Counted from the first letter of the stretch, positions 42,718 to 58,061 are shown. The stretch is DNA of 64,000 nt from Tubiluchus corallicola (GCA_030141605.1 JAQGDQ010000227.1:1-64000), one strand, 5' to 3'. Made by a program: numbers and translations. The notes: generated by a model not told the origin, from the sequence alone.

Positions 42718-42919
42718 GGCTGAAATGCAACAAGAAAAGACTCCATGACTTCGAGTGGTTCGTAGCGACACGGTGCGGCAGACGAAGGGAACTTACAGGC
42801 ATGGAGTCTCGGTAGCATCTCCTGTTATGACTTACTCCATTCGGACAATGATTCCTTTCACAACGTGCATGCTGTTTCCATGGAAACCGCATCCACTTAC
42901 CTGGCGAAATGAAGATAGG
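42718..42919 (+). CDS. candidate exon carrying the uORF stop (42813-42815) and a possible PDE7 start (ATG 42827)
   Basis: ttccag| acceptor; AGG|gtaata phase-0 donor matches the exon at 50542; MTYSIRTMIPFTTCMLFPWKPHPLTWRNEDR. Confidence 0.4.
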
Positions 42920-43374
42920 GTAATACATTTGATTGTTTCTAATGTATGTGCAGTAATTTACTAACCCGAGTAGACTATTTGAACCAAGGACCCTTGTAAT
43001 CACAACAGTAAAGTACACTTGTAAAAATACTAATAGAGCTAATAGCACATGTGGTGAGAATAATGGTGTACTCACACTCGTGCGGTGCGTGCCACGACAA
43101 CGGTTTACACGTCTCATGCCGTCCGTTTAGTTACCTCAATGCGGTACAAGAAAAGATCATGTATGCTGGTTGTATGAAAAATGCCATTTTGTTGTAATTG
43201 TGGGAAATAAAAATGTCGAATAGCTTTTTCTTGTGTACAGTATAAGTGTTATTGCTTCTCTAAGAGTTAATGACAAAACTATAATTAATAATCCCTAAAT
43301 TACAACCCAGTTAGGTATCAATGATGTTTTTCAATTACATTTGCTGCAGGTCAGTAACATTGCAATGTATTAAT

Positions 43375-44098
43375 TTGTATTTGTATTTGTATTTGTGTTT
43401 GTGTTTGTGTTTGTGTTTGTGTTTGTGTTTGTGTTTGTGTTTGTGTTTGTGTTTGTGTTTGTGTTTGTGTTTGTGTTTGTGTTTGTGTTTGTGTTTGTGT
43501 TTGTGTTTGTGTTTGTGTTTGTGTTTGTATTTGTATTTGTATTTGTATTTGTATTTGTATTTGTATTTGTATTTGTATTTGTATTTGTATTTGTATTTGT
43601 ATTTGTATTTGTATTTGTATTTGTATTTGTATTTGTATTTGTGTTTGTGTTTGTGTTTGTGTTTGTGTTTGTGTTTGTGTTTGTGTTTGTGTTTGTGTTT
43701 GTGTTTGTGTTTGTGTTTGTGTTTGTGTTTGTGTTTGTGTTTGTGTTTGTGTTTGTGTTTGTGTTTGTGTTTGTGTTTGTGTTTGTGTTTGTGTTTGTGT
43801 TTGTGTTTGTGTTTGTGTTTGTGTTTGTGTTTGTGTTTGTGTTTGTGTTTGTGTTTGTGTTTGTGTTTGTGTTTGTGTTTGTGTTTGTGTTTGTGTTTGT
43901 GTTTGTGTTTGTGTTTGTGTTTGTGTTTGTGTTTGTGTTTGTGTTTGTATTTGTATTTGTATTTGTATTTGTATTTGTATTTGTATTTGTATTTGTATTT
44001 GTATTTGTATTTGTATTTGTATTTGTATTTGTATTTGTATTTGTATTTGTATTTGTATTTGTATTTGTATTTGTATTTGTATTTGTATTTGTATTTGT
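43375..44098. repeat. (TTTGTA)/(TTTGTG) hexamer array
   Basis: about 120 units in alternating homogeneous blocks. Confidence 0.97.
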
Positions 44099-45286
44099 AC
44101 ATTTGCACGTGTTATGCACTTTCAAATGATAAAAGCAATTGGTAGAATTGTATTTGCTCTATTGCAAATTCTGAGAAAGTCCGTAACCTTAAAGGAGACT
44201 GGAGATTTTTCGCATACTAGCCCATTTTCAAATCCGATAAATTGTTGTATAATTCTCGTATAATAAACTAGTTTAATTTTACGACGTGTTTTCTGGTTTT
44301 CTCTACGAGCCTTCCGAGAGAAACAAAACACAAATGCATACGCTAAGTCTAATACAAAAGGACTTTAGAGATACCTATTATACTGTGTCCATGGTCATCC
44401 TCGGTAATGAGCAAATAAACAACATGGCGATTATCAGCGCTCTGTGACTCCTGGCTAGTTAGCTGGAGCCTTTAGCACAGAAAAATTATTGTATATATAG
44501 ATCTACCAAAGAAGCCTAGTTCAGCTAATTACATGGCCAATTGGGCACGATGCCAGCTATACTATAGACTTGAATGGCAATTACATGAGCAATTGATTAC
44601 GATGCAAATTTAACACGCCGTGACACTTCAACTTTGCAGACCTCTCTCTTCTAATATTATTGTAGTCTAATCTTCGGCACGTTTTTTCTGTGCCACCTGG
44701 TATATACACCGAAACTGCGACGAACTAAAAACGTTTACATAGGTAAAACACGTATACGTGTTCATCGAGTTATATGCAAATACATGTAAGGTTAACGCTC
44801 CGTCGTAAACACCTGTAAGATCTTCAAAGCAAGGTAATTACCACCATTCATTATTTATTAATTGCCATGTACATACGCCGACATGATCTCTTTTCAACAA
44901 TCCTTAATTGTGCCACTACGTTATGTCGTTCGTACATATGCTCGATTTATTATTAATGCTTTGGTTTGTGAATAATCGAAAGCATGTAAAGGCGCTGAAT
45001 GAATGAATGAGAGAACGAATGAATGAGTGAATGAATGAATGAGTGTATGAATGAATGAATATATGAATGTATGAATGAGTGTATGAATGAATGAATGAAT
45101 GAATGAATGAGTGTATGAATGAATGAATGAATGAATGAATGAATGAATGAATGAATGGACGAACGAACGAACGAACGAACGAACGAATGAATAAATGAGT
45201 GTATGAATGAATGAATGAATGAATGAATGAATGAATGAATGAATGAATGAATGAATGAATGAATGAATGAATGAATGAACGAACGA

Positions 45287-45317
<31 letters not shown>

Positions 45318-45530
45318 AACGAACGAACGAACGAATGAATGGATTTGATTTGATTTAAAATCTATTTATCTTCATTGATTAGCTAGTAACCACATGTATA
45401 AACACAAATGCATTAACACTACATATAGGTAGTTATGTAGTATGAACTTTACGCATTTGGTTTAGGTCGTCCCAATTGCAGTTGCATAAATTAGTAAGTT
45501 AGGTTAGTAAGCTAACCTAGCTATTCTTAA

Positions 45531-46078
45531 AGGACAACCGGATGATTGTGTAAACATTAGTTCAGAATAAAGAATGCTCTAAAATATTGAAAACTGCAAT
45601 AGCTTATTTTAAATCAAAGCTTAGATTAAATAATAATTATCTCGGATACTCAAATTTCGTTAAACTTTCAAAGCTACGCGCGGCTCAGTGAATCTACTAA
45701 GATTGACAACGGCGCCTTTTTGTCACATTCGCGTGGCCGACAAATAGAAGGCGATACCGTGATAAGCATGATCATGAACTGCAGTGTTAGTTTCTGACGT
45801 TATATGATGGAAAGCCCATTTTCGTAAGACCGCGCGTTTAAACACTACAGTAATACTTACACAAAAATGCTTGACACGCAAAGGAAGATGCCTGTTATTG
45901 CACAAACTGTGGTTAGTTTCTGACGTAAGCAATAGCTGTGTTCGGTTGCCGTTAATTAACTTTCTAAGCTAAATATTCAAATATAAGAAACAATTGTTAA
46001 CTTTTATAGACAAGAAAATGTATATTTTGGACAGTAAATTAAAATGAGATTGAGTCTAAACAATCGTCCGGTTTTCCT
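45531..46078 (+). mobile_element. Kolobok-like MITE, family B
   Basis: TTAA|AGGACAACCGGA...TCCGGTTTTCCT|TTAA. Confidence 0.82.
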
Positions 46079-46094
46079 TTAAACAGTTTGGCAG

Positions 46095-46401
46095 TTTAAG
46101 TTCTGCTATAAGACGCTGATGTGATGTCACGAAAATGAGCGCTACGTCACGCTGACGTCGCAGACAGACACGCAAGATAATGCCTATCACGGTACCGCGC
46201 CTATATGTCGGCCACGCTGATGTGACGAATCTTACTGGATTCGCTGAGTCGCGCGTATCTCTGAAAGTTTAACAAAATTTGTGTATCCGAGGTAATTATT
46301 ATTTACCCTAAGCTTTGATTTAAAATAAGCTATTGTATTTTTCAATATTTTTGAGCATACTTTGTTTTGAACTAAAGTTTACACAATCATCCGGTTTTCC
46401 T
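46095..46401 (-). mobile_element. partial inverted copy of family B
   Basis: reverse complement of the left half of family B, ending ATCATCCGGTTTTCCT|TTAA. Confidence 0.78.
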
Positions 46402-46717
46402 TTAAGAATTTGAATCTCTACACAGCGTTGAGAATTTTAACCCGGCATTTGAAATTTGCTCTCAAGTGTTACAATTTTTCAAAACTAACAGCGGTTTTAT
46501 TAATGTTTACTATTCGCTTAAAATATCAAATTAAAATGTATAGCCACTTTTTCAATGGTATAAAGTTGGTACAATTATTTTATTTTATATGCTAATATGA
46601 TCCACCTGTGATAAATTCTTGAAAATGTAAATGTTGATGGACTGTAAATGTTATTATTGTCTGCTACCCCAGTTTTTGTATTAGTAATTGTATTTATAGT
46701 CAATAAACTTTACTACT

Positions 46718-46831
<114 letters not shown>

Positions 46832-46872
46832 TACCACTACCACTACCACTACCACTACCACTACCACTACCA

Positions 46873-46925
<53 letters not shown>

Positions 46926-47193
46926 GTCTGTTCTGTGCATGTGCGCTACTGTAAACTACACAGACAATTTATTTCAATGTTTTAGTGCACCGTTGTGGGC
47001 TATTACATTCTGAAATTCCAACGTTGCATTTCCGCATCGCCTTTATGGATGGTGAGGCTTATGCATCTACATTACGTGCTGACGTCAACAGTACATAAAT
47101 TATTCTACATTCTCTACAGTATAGTGGAATTCAGAAAATCCATGAAAAGCGAAAAAACTGTATAAATGCGCGACGGCCCTGGGCAGTTCTAAC

Positions 47194-47633
47194 TAGGGGT
47201 GAGCATTCTCTACCGGAAAGCGAATTCGAATCGAACCGGATTTGTGACTTTCGAATTCGAATCGAACAGAACTTCAGTGTTTCGAATTCAAACCGAATTC
47301 GAATTGAGATTGAACGATTTTCGAACAAGTTTTCGAACCACCAGCAAAAATTACTCTTACAAAGATCATGCATATCACTAGATTTTGTTCTGCAATAAAA
47401 CGACTAGTAATTTATTTAAAATTGTGTGCAGAAATCACAGTTAAATTATGCTAATTGCATGATGTTTCAATCGTTTTAGTGATAAAGAACATGTGTGATT
47501 GAAGTGCTGAATTATTCGAATCTATAGTTTTGGATTCGAATCGAGTTCGAACTAAAAAAACTCGTTCGAATCGAATTCGAGCGTCCGAATTCGATTCGAA
47601 CGTTCGAACTCGAACGTTCGATGCTCACCCGTA
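47194..47633. mobile_element. hAT (Ac-like) MITE with TTCGAA subterminal repeats
   Basis: TIRs TAGGGGTGAGCAT / ATGCTCACCCGTA; perfect 8-bp TSD GTTCTAAC. Confidence 0.9.
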
Positions 47634-48077
47634 GTTCTAACTCGCTGTAGTAATTGAATTACGTTCACCTGTGGAAGAGAAACATATTCATTTTCTTCCA
47701 CTAGTTCTTTTGTTTCAGAATTTCATGCGAATCGCCCAGACTGCTGTTTAAAATGCCGTGATAAATAACTTGGCGTCGTGAAAATGCCTCGCTGGTTCAA
47801 TTGCACGCGCACTATTAAGTTAACGACCTTCAAAAATATTCCGTATTCGTGCCGCAAATGCGCTCAATTTTGTGAAATATAAGATAGATAATAAATTAAG
47901 AATTTCGCGCATAATGCGTCAGACAAGGCGGGATTATGGCTCTATGATTTTCACATCCGGGTATTTTATTTAAGTAAAGAAGTCCGAAAGGCGTTTTCAC
48001 GTTTGATAAATGGAGAGTTCGCCCTTTGTTTGCACTAGTGATGTCTTCTTGAAAAATGTTTCCAAAAAGTCTCCTAA

Positions 48078-48519
48078 AGCAAAACCGGACCCAAGCTTAA
48101 ACTGTAGGTCAAAACAATCTACTCTTTAAAATATTGAAAAGAAACGTACTATTTCTTGAAAAATGACTTACGTGAAAGTATTACTACCGCACAAGCACAA
48201 TTTCACGTTCGCGCCACTAGTTCTTCGCTGGTTTTAAAACTTACCTAGTTTTAGTACAACATACCGAATCTCTTATAGTAGCACTGTACTTCAATTCTCG
48301 CTTTTGAAACACGTGCAACACGCTTGTGGAATATTTTCGCTGTAGAAAATAATGTTCGTTTGTGATGTCGTTCAGTAGTTGGGCTCGCCCTGCATTAATT
48401 AAGATTTTAATGTATTATTTAATTATTAGAAACGCTTTTGCAATATTAATTGTGTTAAAATGTATACGTTTTACTGTACCTGAAATGGGGTAGTACTTGA
48501 AAAATCATCCTGTCTTCCT
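48078..48519 (+). mobile_element. Kolobok-like MITE, family A (internally deleted)
   Basis: CTAA|AGCAAAACCGGA...TCCTGTCTTCCT|TTAA. Confidence 0.75.
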
Positions 48520-48720
48520 TTAAGACTCATACAAGGAGTCATAAAGATAACGGTCCCAAGACAGTTAGATGAATGGTGGTCTACTGAAATGAAATACAAA
48601 TGCTGATTTCATCTTAACAGAAGTTGTTCTATACCGTATATTCAGTGCAATGTTATTCAATACGTAGCAAAACACTGGAAACTGCAGCAATGTAATTGCA
48701 CACACTGCGCTTTTATTTAA

Positions 48721-49238
48721 AGGAGAAGAAAAGGCAATTTTGAAGTTTCAATGTTTCAGGGAATGTTTCAAAAAACTTTTTATACAAAGTTGTAATACTA
48801 AGCATTACGCTTAGCTGTTTAAAAAGCTCATGTAATTGGAAAAGAAAATTCTTAATAATTTAAAATATTCGCACCACCTGGTAAAACGGCACTTCATCGC
48901 CATCCCAGTGTGCACCACTGATTCACCAAAAACGCATTTTTATTGTTATTGTCAATGTAAAGTACTTTTTACTTTTGCCTAGTTAGTGAAGAGTATGCTA
49001 CGAATGCTTAAATAATTGTTTCAAACTTCTGAACGTGTTTTGAAGGGCTTGGTGTTAAAGTACCTGCACCTAAAGGTCACCATGGAAGTTTAATTTACGA
49101 TTTATGCAGGGTTACTGCAATTTTTATGCATCGTTACTGTTAGGCAAGCCCTGTATGCAATAGCACATTGCGTGAGTGGAATAAAATTTCAATACGAGTT
49201 TTTTAAACCTTTATTTACGAAGGGTGTTGTCTTGTGCT
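48721..49238 (+). mobile_element. Kolobok-like MITE related to the 3' two-thirds of family D
   Basis: TTAA|AGGAGAAGAAAA...TGTCTTGTGCT|TTAA. Confidence 0.72.
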
Positions 49239-49739
49239 TTAATTTTGAAATGGCGCTCAATGCTTTAATTTCCAGGCCCTAATGCCATTGTGTTTCTGCA
49301 ATCATATTTAACAACTTGTGTAAATTGGCATTTCAGTGTTGGAATCTTTGAACGAGATATTAGATGTAGATTTTTAATAAGCTAACGTCTGCTTACTACA
49401 CAGCTGTGGTAAAATTCTTCAAGTATAGATATGGTCCTCAAGCGTCTACACTCTGATATTAATCATTTCAAAGTCGTTTTGTGTAAATGTACATATAATC
49501 TTAGATGCCATGTTGTAATGGTTTATTAAAACATGTAACTTACAATAGTCATGTTTTTAATGTGCTCCAATATTTTGTCCATTGCAACGTAATTTTAATG
49601 TACTTTTAATGTATGTCATTTTTGTAAATATTTTAACTAATTCTCTTAACGTTTTTCTGTAAATTGTAAATATATAAAATGTATATAAATGTATATATAC
49701 ATATATATAGGATGCCAACCAACTATATATATATATATA

Positions 49740-50182
49740 GTTGGTTGGCATCCTTCTGTCTTGGAAGACAATGGCTTAGCAGTGCGGTCCTTCAACGTCT
49801 CCAGGGCGCACGCCTGGGCAAGGTGTATGGAGATCCTGAGTTGCCCAGACAACAGGATCCCCTCTCTTCCTCCCTGGTGTAGTCCAAAGGAAAGCGGAGC
49901 GATACGTTTGGCAACAGGTCAGCTGCCGGAGTCAGTGAGCATGCTGCACTGGTCAGTCTTCGGGGCTCCACTCCTGATCTGGAAGGTTCACTTCGCCCTC
50001 TATCCGTTGGCTGCTTGTGCAGCTCCTCCGCCTAGTGTCGAGATACAGTGTGGGTATCACGCAAGCCTACAGCACCTGGTACTCCTAGGCGGTCACCCAT
50101 CCAAGTACAAACCACGCTCTACGTTGCTTAACTTCGGTGATCAAACGAGAACCGGTGTTTTCAACGTGATTTGGCCGTAGTC
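49740..50182 (-). mobile_element. 5S rRNA-derived SINE (SINE3) with a probable RTE-type body/tail, inserted in (TA)n
   Basis: the minus strand of 50063-50182 is a full-length, diverged 5S sequence (GACTACGGCC...GATCACCGAAGTTAAGC...GGATGGGTGACCGCC...GCTGTAGGCTT); it has no oligo-T terminator and continues into a ~320-bp GC-rich body ending GGATGCCAACCAAC(TA)n. Confidence 0.85.
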
Positions 50183-50541
50183 TAAATATATATATATATA
50201 TATGCTTTTATAATTAGATTTTTTAATAGTTATTGTATTTTATGCCTTAAGACTAGGTTTACGAGTTGAAATAAAGAATAATACAAAACATAATAACGAA
50301 TAAATAATTTTAAATAATATGTCATGTAATTGCAGCAAAGACATGACAACAAATGAATCCTAAAAGCACCTATATAACAAGCATTAATCATTGTAAAATC
50401 TGGCCTGTAGTTCTACACAGAATAGACAAGATAAAAAAATTTATCCACCCCCCTAGAAAAAAACCTCATCAATATGTCTGCTATGTTTATTGTTCATTGT
50501 TCTTGGAATTTCTATAGTAAAACTAGCGTTTTGTATTTCAG

Positions 50542-50593
50542 GCTACGACTATTCGTAGGACAGAAAGGGATACCGTATTTGTTCAAGTACAAG
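50542..50593 (+). CDS. PDE7: PDE7-like phosphodiesterase exon
   Basis: gtatttcag| and |gtacgt; 52 nt, phase 0-1; ATTIRRTERDTVFVQVQ sits where the vertebrate [21 protein letters not shown] exon does. Confidence 0.65.
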
Positions 50594-50742
50594 GTACGTA
50601 GTCTATAATGACAGTCTTTAATGACTACGTAAGGCTTTTGGTTGATAATATTATCTATAATTCAAATAAACGAAACAGCCATTAACTTTTTTTGTAATTG
50701 TTCTTACACTTTTTATCTTTTAAATGATCTTGCTGTTTTTAA

Positions 50743-51250
50743 AGGAAAACCGGAAGATTGTGTAGACATTAGTACAAAATAAAGTACGCTCTAATCTACA
50801 ATATTGAAAACTAAAACATCAAAGCTTAGATTAAATAACAATTATCTCGGATGGTTACATTTTGTTAACTTTCAAATCTACGCGCTGCTCAGCGAAGTCA
50901 CTAAGACCAAAAAATAGACACGTTGCAGTGACAAGCATGATCACGAGCTGCAGTGTTCGTTTGTGACGTCAGTATGACGTACAGTTCATTTTCGTGACAT
51001 CACGTCGGCGTCTTATAGCAATCTTCACTTACACAAACGTACTAGACGCACACAGAAGATGCTTACCATTTTGCAAACTGTGGTTAGTTTGTGACGTAAG
51101 CGATATATATGTTCGGTTGCAGCTAATTAACTTTCCAAAATTATAAATTCGAATATTAAAAAAAAATGCCAACTTTTATAGGCAAGAAAATGAATATTTT
51201 GGACACTAAATTAGAATAAGATTGAGTCTAATCAAACGTCTGGTTTTCTT
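50743..51250 (+). mobile_element. Kolobok-like MITE, family B
   Basis: TTAA|AGGAAAACCGGA...TCTGGTTTTCTT|TTAA; colinear with 45531-46078. Confidence 0.8.
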
Positions 51251-51711
51251 TTAACCTTTTTTTTCAAAGACTTTATCTGTAGCGATATAGTTTAAGCTTA
51301 ACGTTTATTTGAAGTTTTTATTATTAGCGTCTTTGTAGGTGTGGTTTTCTGTCACTGACAGAAATTGTAGTTTCTACTGTATTGAGAATATCAGGAAATA
51401 AAGTGTTATAAACATAACTGTAGCTACTAATCCGCGAGCAGCAGACTGTACGGGAAACCGAATATTAGGTATCGAATCCATCAGTTTTGTTAATAATCCG
51501 CTTGTTCGCTACGGGGGGAGGGTCACAAAACGTTCAAGGTAGATGCATGGGAAAGGGGCGCAAAAAATGGTATAGCTAGAAAAGCATTATTTAAGCGTAG
51601 AAAACAACGCTGGACCGGGCATAGTCAAGTGATAAATGCGATTATGCTCGTGGATTTAGATCTGATTTCATTCAGCACTGTTTTAAATCGTCTAGTTTCA
51701 AAACTGTAATT

Positions 51712-51990
51712 GTACAACAATGTAGCCAATAGAAAATGCGTTTCGTGAAGAAAAATTCGATTCCCTGGAGTATTCCTGCAGGAGCGTATCTATTCATCCA
51801 CATAGTGCAACAATGTAGCCAATAGAAAGTGCGTTTCGTGAAGAAAAACTCGATTCCCTGGAGTATTCCTGCAGGAGCGTATCTATTCATCCACATAGTA
51901 AAACAATGTAGCCAATAGAAAATGCGTTTCGTGAAGAAAAACTCGATTCCCTGGAGTATTCCTGCAGGAGCGTATCTATTCAATCCACAT
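51712..51990. repeat. 93-bp tandem triplication
   Basis: tgtagccaat recurs at 51721, 51814 and 51907. Confidence 0.92.
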
Positions 51991-53417
51991 ATATTTTCCC
52001 TGTGCACTCACATTTGATTGAGCATGGCACTAATTAAGATGGACAGCCTTTTCAAATTGGACAGCGATTAATATGTAATCGCCGTGGGATATAATGCCGA
52101 ATAAATCCCATTGTTATTATCCGAGGATGAGGAAATTCATAATAATTCGGTTTTTTGCCTCCATTCCTAATGAATGCACAATTACAGCAACCGGAAATTT
52201 AATAAGATTTGCTCATTTTGTAGAAGCCCCCCCGGCTAAAGGAATCTGTGCCTGCCTAGTAATTATTGTGATGATTGCAATGATGAAGAAATAATGAAAT
52301 ACCTATGAGCAGTGAAAAGAGACGCTTTTAATATTTGTTGTTCAGTGTGTTGTCTCCATACACAACGTCATAAGATAGGGTTTATATTTTACTGCATTCA
52401 TTGCATTGCGTGTTTGTTCATTCATTCTCGTTCATTCGTCCATCCGTCCGTTCCCTCGTTCACCTATTTATCAGTCGTTCTTTCGCTCATTCGGTCGTTC
52501 ATTCGTTCATTCGTTCATTCATTCATTCATTCATTCATTCATTAATTAATTAATTCATTCATTCATTCATTCATTCATTCATTCATTCATTAATTCATTC
52601 ATTCATTCATTCATTCATTCATTCATTCATTCATTCATTCATTCATTCATTCATTCATTCATTCATTCATTCATTCATTCATTCATTCATTCATTCAGTA
52701 ACTCACTTATTCAGGCATTTATTTATTTATCCATTCGTTCATTCACTTGCTCACTCACTCACTCACTTACTCATTCACTCATACATTCATTCATTCAGTC
52801 TTTCAGTCACTCACTTGTTCGTTCGTTTATTCATGCACTCACTCTTTCGATCACTCACTCATTCATTCGTTTCTCATTTATTATTTCATCCATTCTTATG
52901 TTCATTAATTTGTTTGTTCATTTTTTCATGCATATATTTACTCGTTCGTTTCTTCCTTCTTTTCTTCTTTCGCTCCTCTTCCTTCCCAATGATTTCTTAT
53001 TCGATTTTTAATTTATTGATTTATTCACATTGCTCACATGGCCACTGTCATACCTAATTAATCTGTGTTTTTGTTCGTAATCGGATTTACCGCCTCCAAG
53101 TCATCCTCTTTTCCTCCTCAGCTTCCTCATCTCGTAGGCCTGCGATGATACGTAATCAAGTTTGGATGGTTGCCAAGACTACCTGCATTAGCAACTTCCG
53201 CTTTTTAAAGAAACACGCTGCTGTCAATTAGCGATAGTGTTCTTCATTGTCAATAATAATGCCAATATCATGTTACTCTGATAATAAGACAGCTCATATT
53301 CTTCTGAGCGATTCAGATGTATTTTCTTGTGTTTAGATTTAAGAACAGTCTCTGCTGTAAATAAGGCTAGTTGCATTATTCGTAGTAGTAGTTACATTAT
53401 TTAGAAGTAACAGTAAC

Positions 53418-54655
<1,238 letters not shown>

Positions 54656-55384
54656 TTTCAGATGAACGATTCAAATGTTTTTTTCTTGAGTTTAGGTTTA
54701 AGAACAGTCTCTGCTGCAAAAGAATAAGGTTAGTTACAGTTAGTGATGGATGATTAATAAATTAATCGAATTAATCGAGATTACAGACATGTACAAATCG
54801 GTATGATCGGCGATTGATTCAGATAATCGAGTGCAAAATCTACGTGTTACACACAGACTAAAAAGAAGTGTTTTAGCACAAATAAACGGAATCCTTGCAT
54901 TTTTCTTCGTTTTTCCCACCTTACACAATGCAAACCACAGTGTTGCAAACTGGGGCTTCTTATTCGCTTTCATGTGACGTGTGTTGTTAACATAGTAATA
55001 GAGTAGTTAATGAATGTACGGTATGTTTCCTTAAAAATTGTTTGCGAGTACGTTAACGTCAGGCAGCGACGAAGCCATGAAGAAGTTTATAAGCTATGTT
55101 TCAATGCTGCCATGTTTGAAAAATACGGCTAAATCACTAAAAAAGTACAAGAAGAAGATTGTAATCGAATTACAACATTAAAAATTGCCCATCACTAGTT
55201 ACAGTATCGTTGTGGTCCTTTATTTTGTGGTGCCCTCGTGATCCTGGTGTAGCGGTACCAAATGTTAGAACAGATAATGATTGAAGTCAACAAAGATGCC
55301 TTGAACTGATGCTTGATTTCTATCGTTTGTTTATTCCAAAGTTAAAACACACCTTATGAGCTTTCAGTCCAGAAATACTATATT

Positions 55385-55775
55385 AACTATACTATATACT
55401 ATACTATATAACTATACTTATAACTATACTATACTATGTTATGATGTGCCATGCTATACTATACTATGCTATGCTATGCTACGATATGCTATGCTATGCT
55501 ATGATATACTATACTATACTATACTATACTATACTATACTATACTATACTATACTATACTATACTATACTATACTATACTATACTATACTATACTATACT
55601 ATACTATACTATACTATACTATACTACACTACACTACACTACACTACACTACACTACACTACACTACACTACACTACACTACACTACACTACACTACACT
55701 ACACTACACTACACTATACTATACTATACTATACTATACTATACTATACTATACTATACTATACTATATACTATA
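55385..55775. repeat. (ATACT)n/(ACACT)n pentamer array
   Basis: read directly from the sequence. Confidence 0.95.
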
Positions 55776-56424
55776 TTAACTATAATATGATGGCGAATTT
55801 TCTTTGCATTATGCAAAACCCAAGATGTATTACTATAATGATGAATTGCTTCCAATAATATGCCAAAATCCAAAGGCAGTTTTAGAAGTTTACCTCCCTT
55901 ACAAGCGTACAGTGTCAATTTTAGCCTTAGAGAGAGAGAGTGCCAGTCATTCTGTTCCACTCGATGTCTCAGTTCTCTTTTTATGAAACACAACCACCAC
56001 GCCTCACTAAACCAGGAAATAAAAAATCTAGTTTTTTTCTAGTTGTGCCAGTTAGTGCAAACACTTAACAAGGGAACGTCCTGTCCCATTTTTGTAGCCC
56101 AGTGCCTGGCAGCTCTGTCCCATTTAGGTATACATACAATATTGTAGGAAAAAGCATAAAACTGAGATACAAAATTGTAGGGAAAATCCATAACAAAATA
56201 ACAACATGCATTCAGTGCTCTTTATGGAATAGGTTTAGCGTGCTTTTTGTGCTTCGCGTGTTTAAATTAGTTTAACAACCACTTGTGATAGTACGTTATA
56301 AGCTTATTAATCAATCAATGGCTGAAATGCTGATTTATTAGCCAAGGTAGGTCAATAAAATGACTGAAATCAATCTTAGAACAAATCAGCTATAAAGCTG
56401 ATACAACTGCTGTAAAGAAAAAGC

Positions 56425-57085
<661 letters not shown>

Positions 57086-57336
57086 GTTTTAAGAACAACC
57101 TTAAGAAAAACATAAATCTTCTTCGCTGGTCACTAATTGAGTGAACGTTGCTCCTGAGCTGAGAAGAAGCCCATCTTTCCAATAGACACCTGCACATTAT
57201 TGCTTTTCTCAAAAGGCCGATTAAACCCGAACTTCCCCTGAACGTGAAACCTTCTTGAGGTCTGAGATCAAATATTAAAATTCTTGTCCACTGACTTTTG
57301 CAAAACGATCTTTCAATGTCGATATCGTAAAAATTG

Positions 57337-57708
57337 AGCCTTTTCGCAATGTCGTTGTGCGCATGCGCAGATAAAGGTTAAGCGTTCCACAGCAACGTGT
57401 CTTAATTACAACCGTCACGTGACATGCGGGTAAAGCAAAGCCGTTTGCCCCGCATCGGTTCATTAACTTTGGTTGTTTTACGTGTACTTTACTTAATTAT
57501 GCATTAGTCTGTGCGTAGAGTGGTTTACTAGCAGGATCTTGCTTGGGAACAAGGAAAAATGAAGTTGGTAAGGTTCTAGCTAACTGTTGAAACGCTTACT
57601 AATTAGAATAGCTTGGGCTGCGAGGCGTTGTCAAGTGTACAGAAATGCGTTGTCTGGCCCAATTAACCTTTCACGATCATCATCAATCGCTGGAACTGTG
57701 AAAAGGCT
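57337..57708 (+). mobile_element. MITE family E, complete
   Basis: TG|AGCCTTTTCGCA...CTGTGAAAAGGCT|TG. Confidence 0.8.
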
Positions 57709-58061
57709 TGTTCCCGTTTGCAGTGAATGTAACTATGTTGAATATCTCCTTGCTCTACAAGGCAGAGTGACATCCACAAATCACGCTAGCAGTAAAATAT
57801 TGATGTTGGTCGTCTATGATGTCTGTATGCAATACATCAGACATGCAAACAAGACTTAGTCAAGCATACATCGTTTAATAATTCATAACGAGACACGTTA
57901 AAGGAGGACATGTTAAGTCCCAACGGATTCATTTTTCGTGTAGTTTGACTTTTTTAATAAATCGTCTTCGTTACTATTTGACAGAAAGGTCAAACCTAGG
58001 CTAATAGACAAGTGAAATAAAAATGCGCCATGCATTTTCACGCTTTATATCTTATTAGCAT

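Noticed and set aside
47719-47770. Additional PDE7 upstream exon after tgtttcag
   Set aside because: All frames hit stops within ~50 nt and there is no good donor
49689-50180. 163-aa ORF
   Set aside because: It is the antisense reading of the 5S-derived SINE
50063-50182. Functional 5S rRNA gene
   Set aside because: It has several substitutions from the invertebrate consensus, no oligo-T terminator, is a single copy and is fused to a SINE-like body
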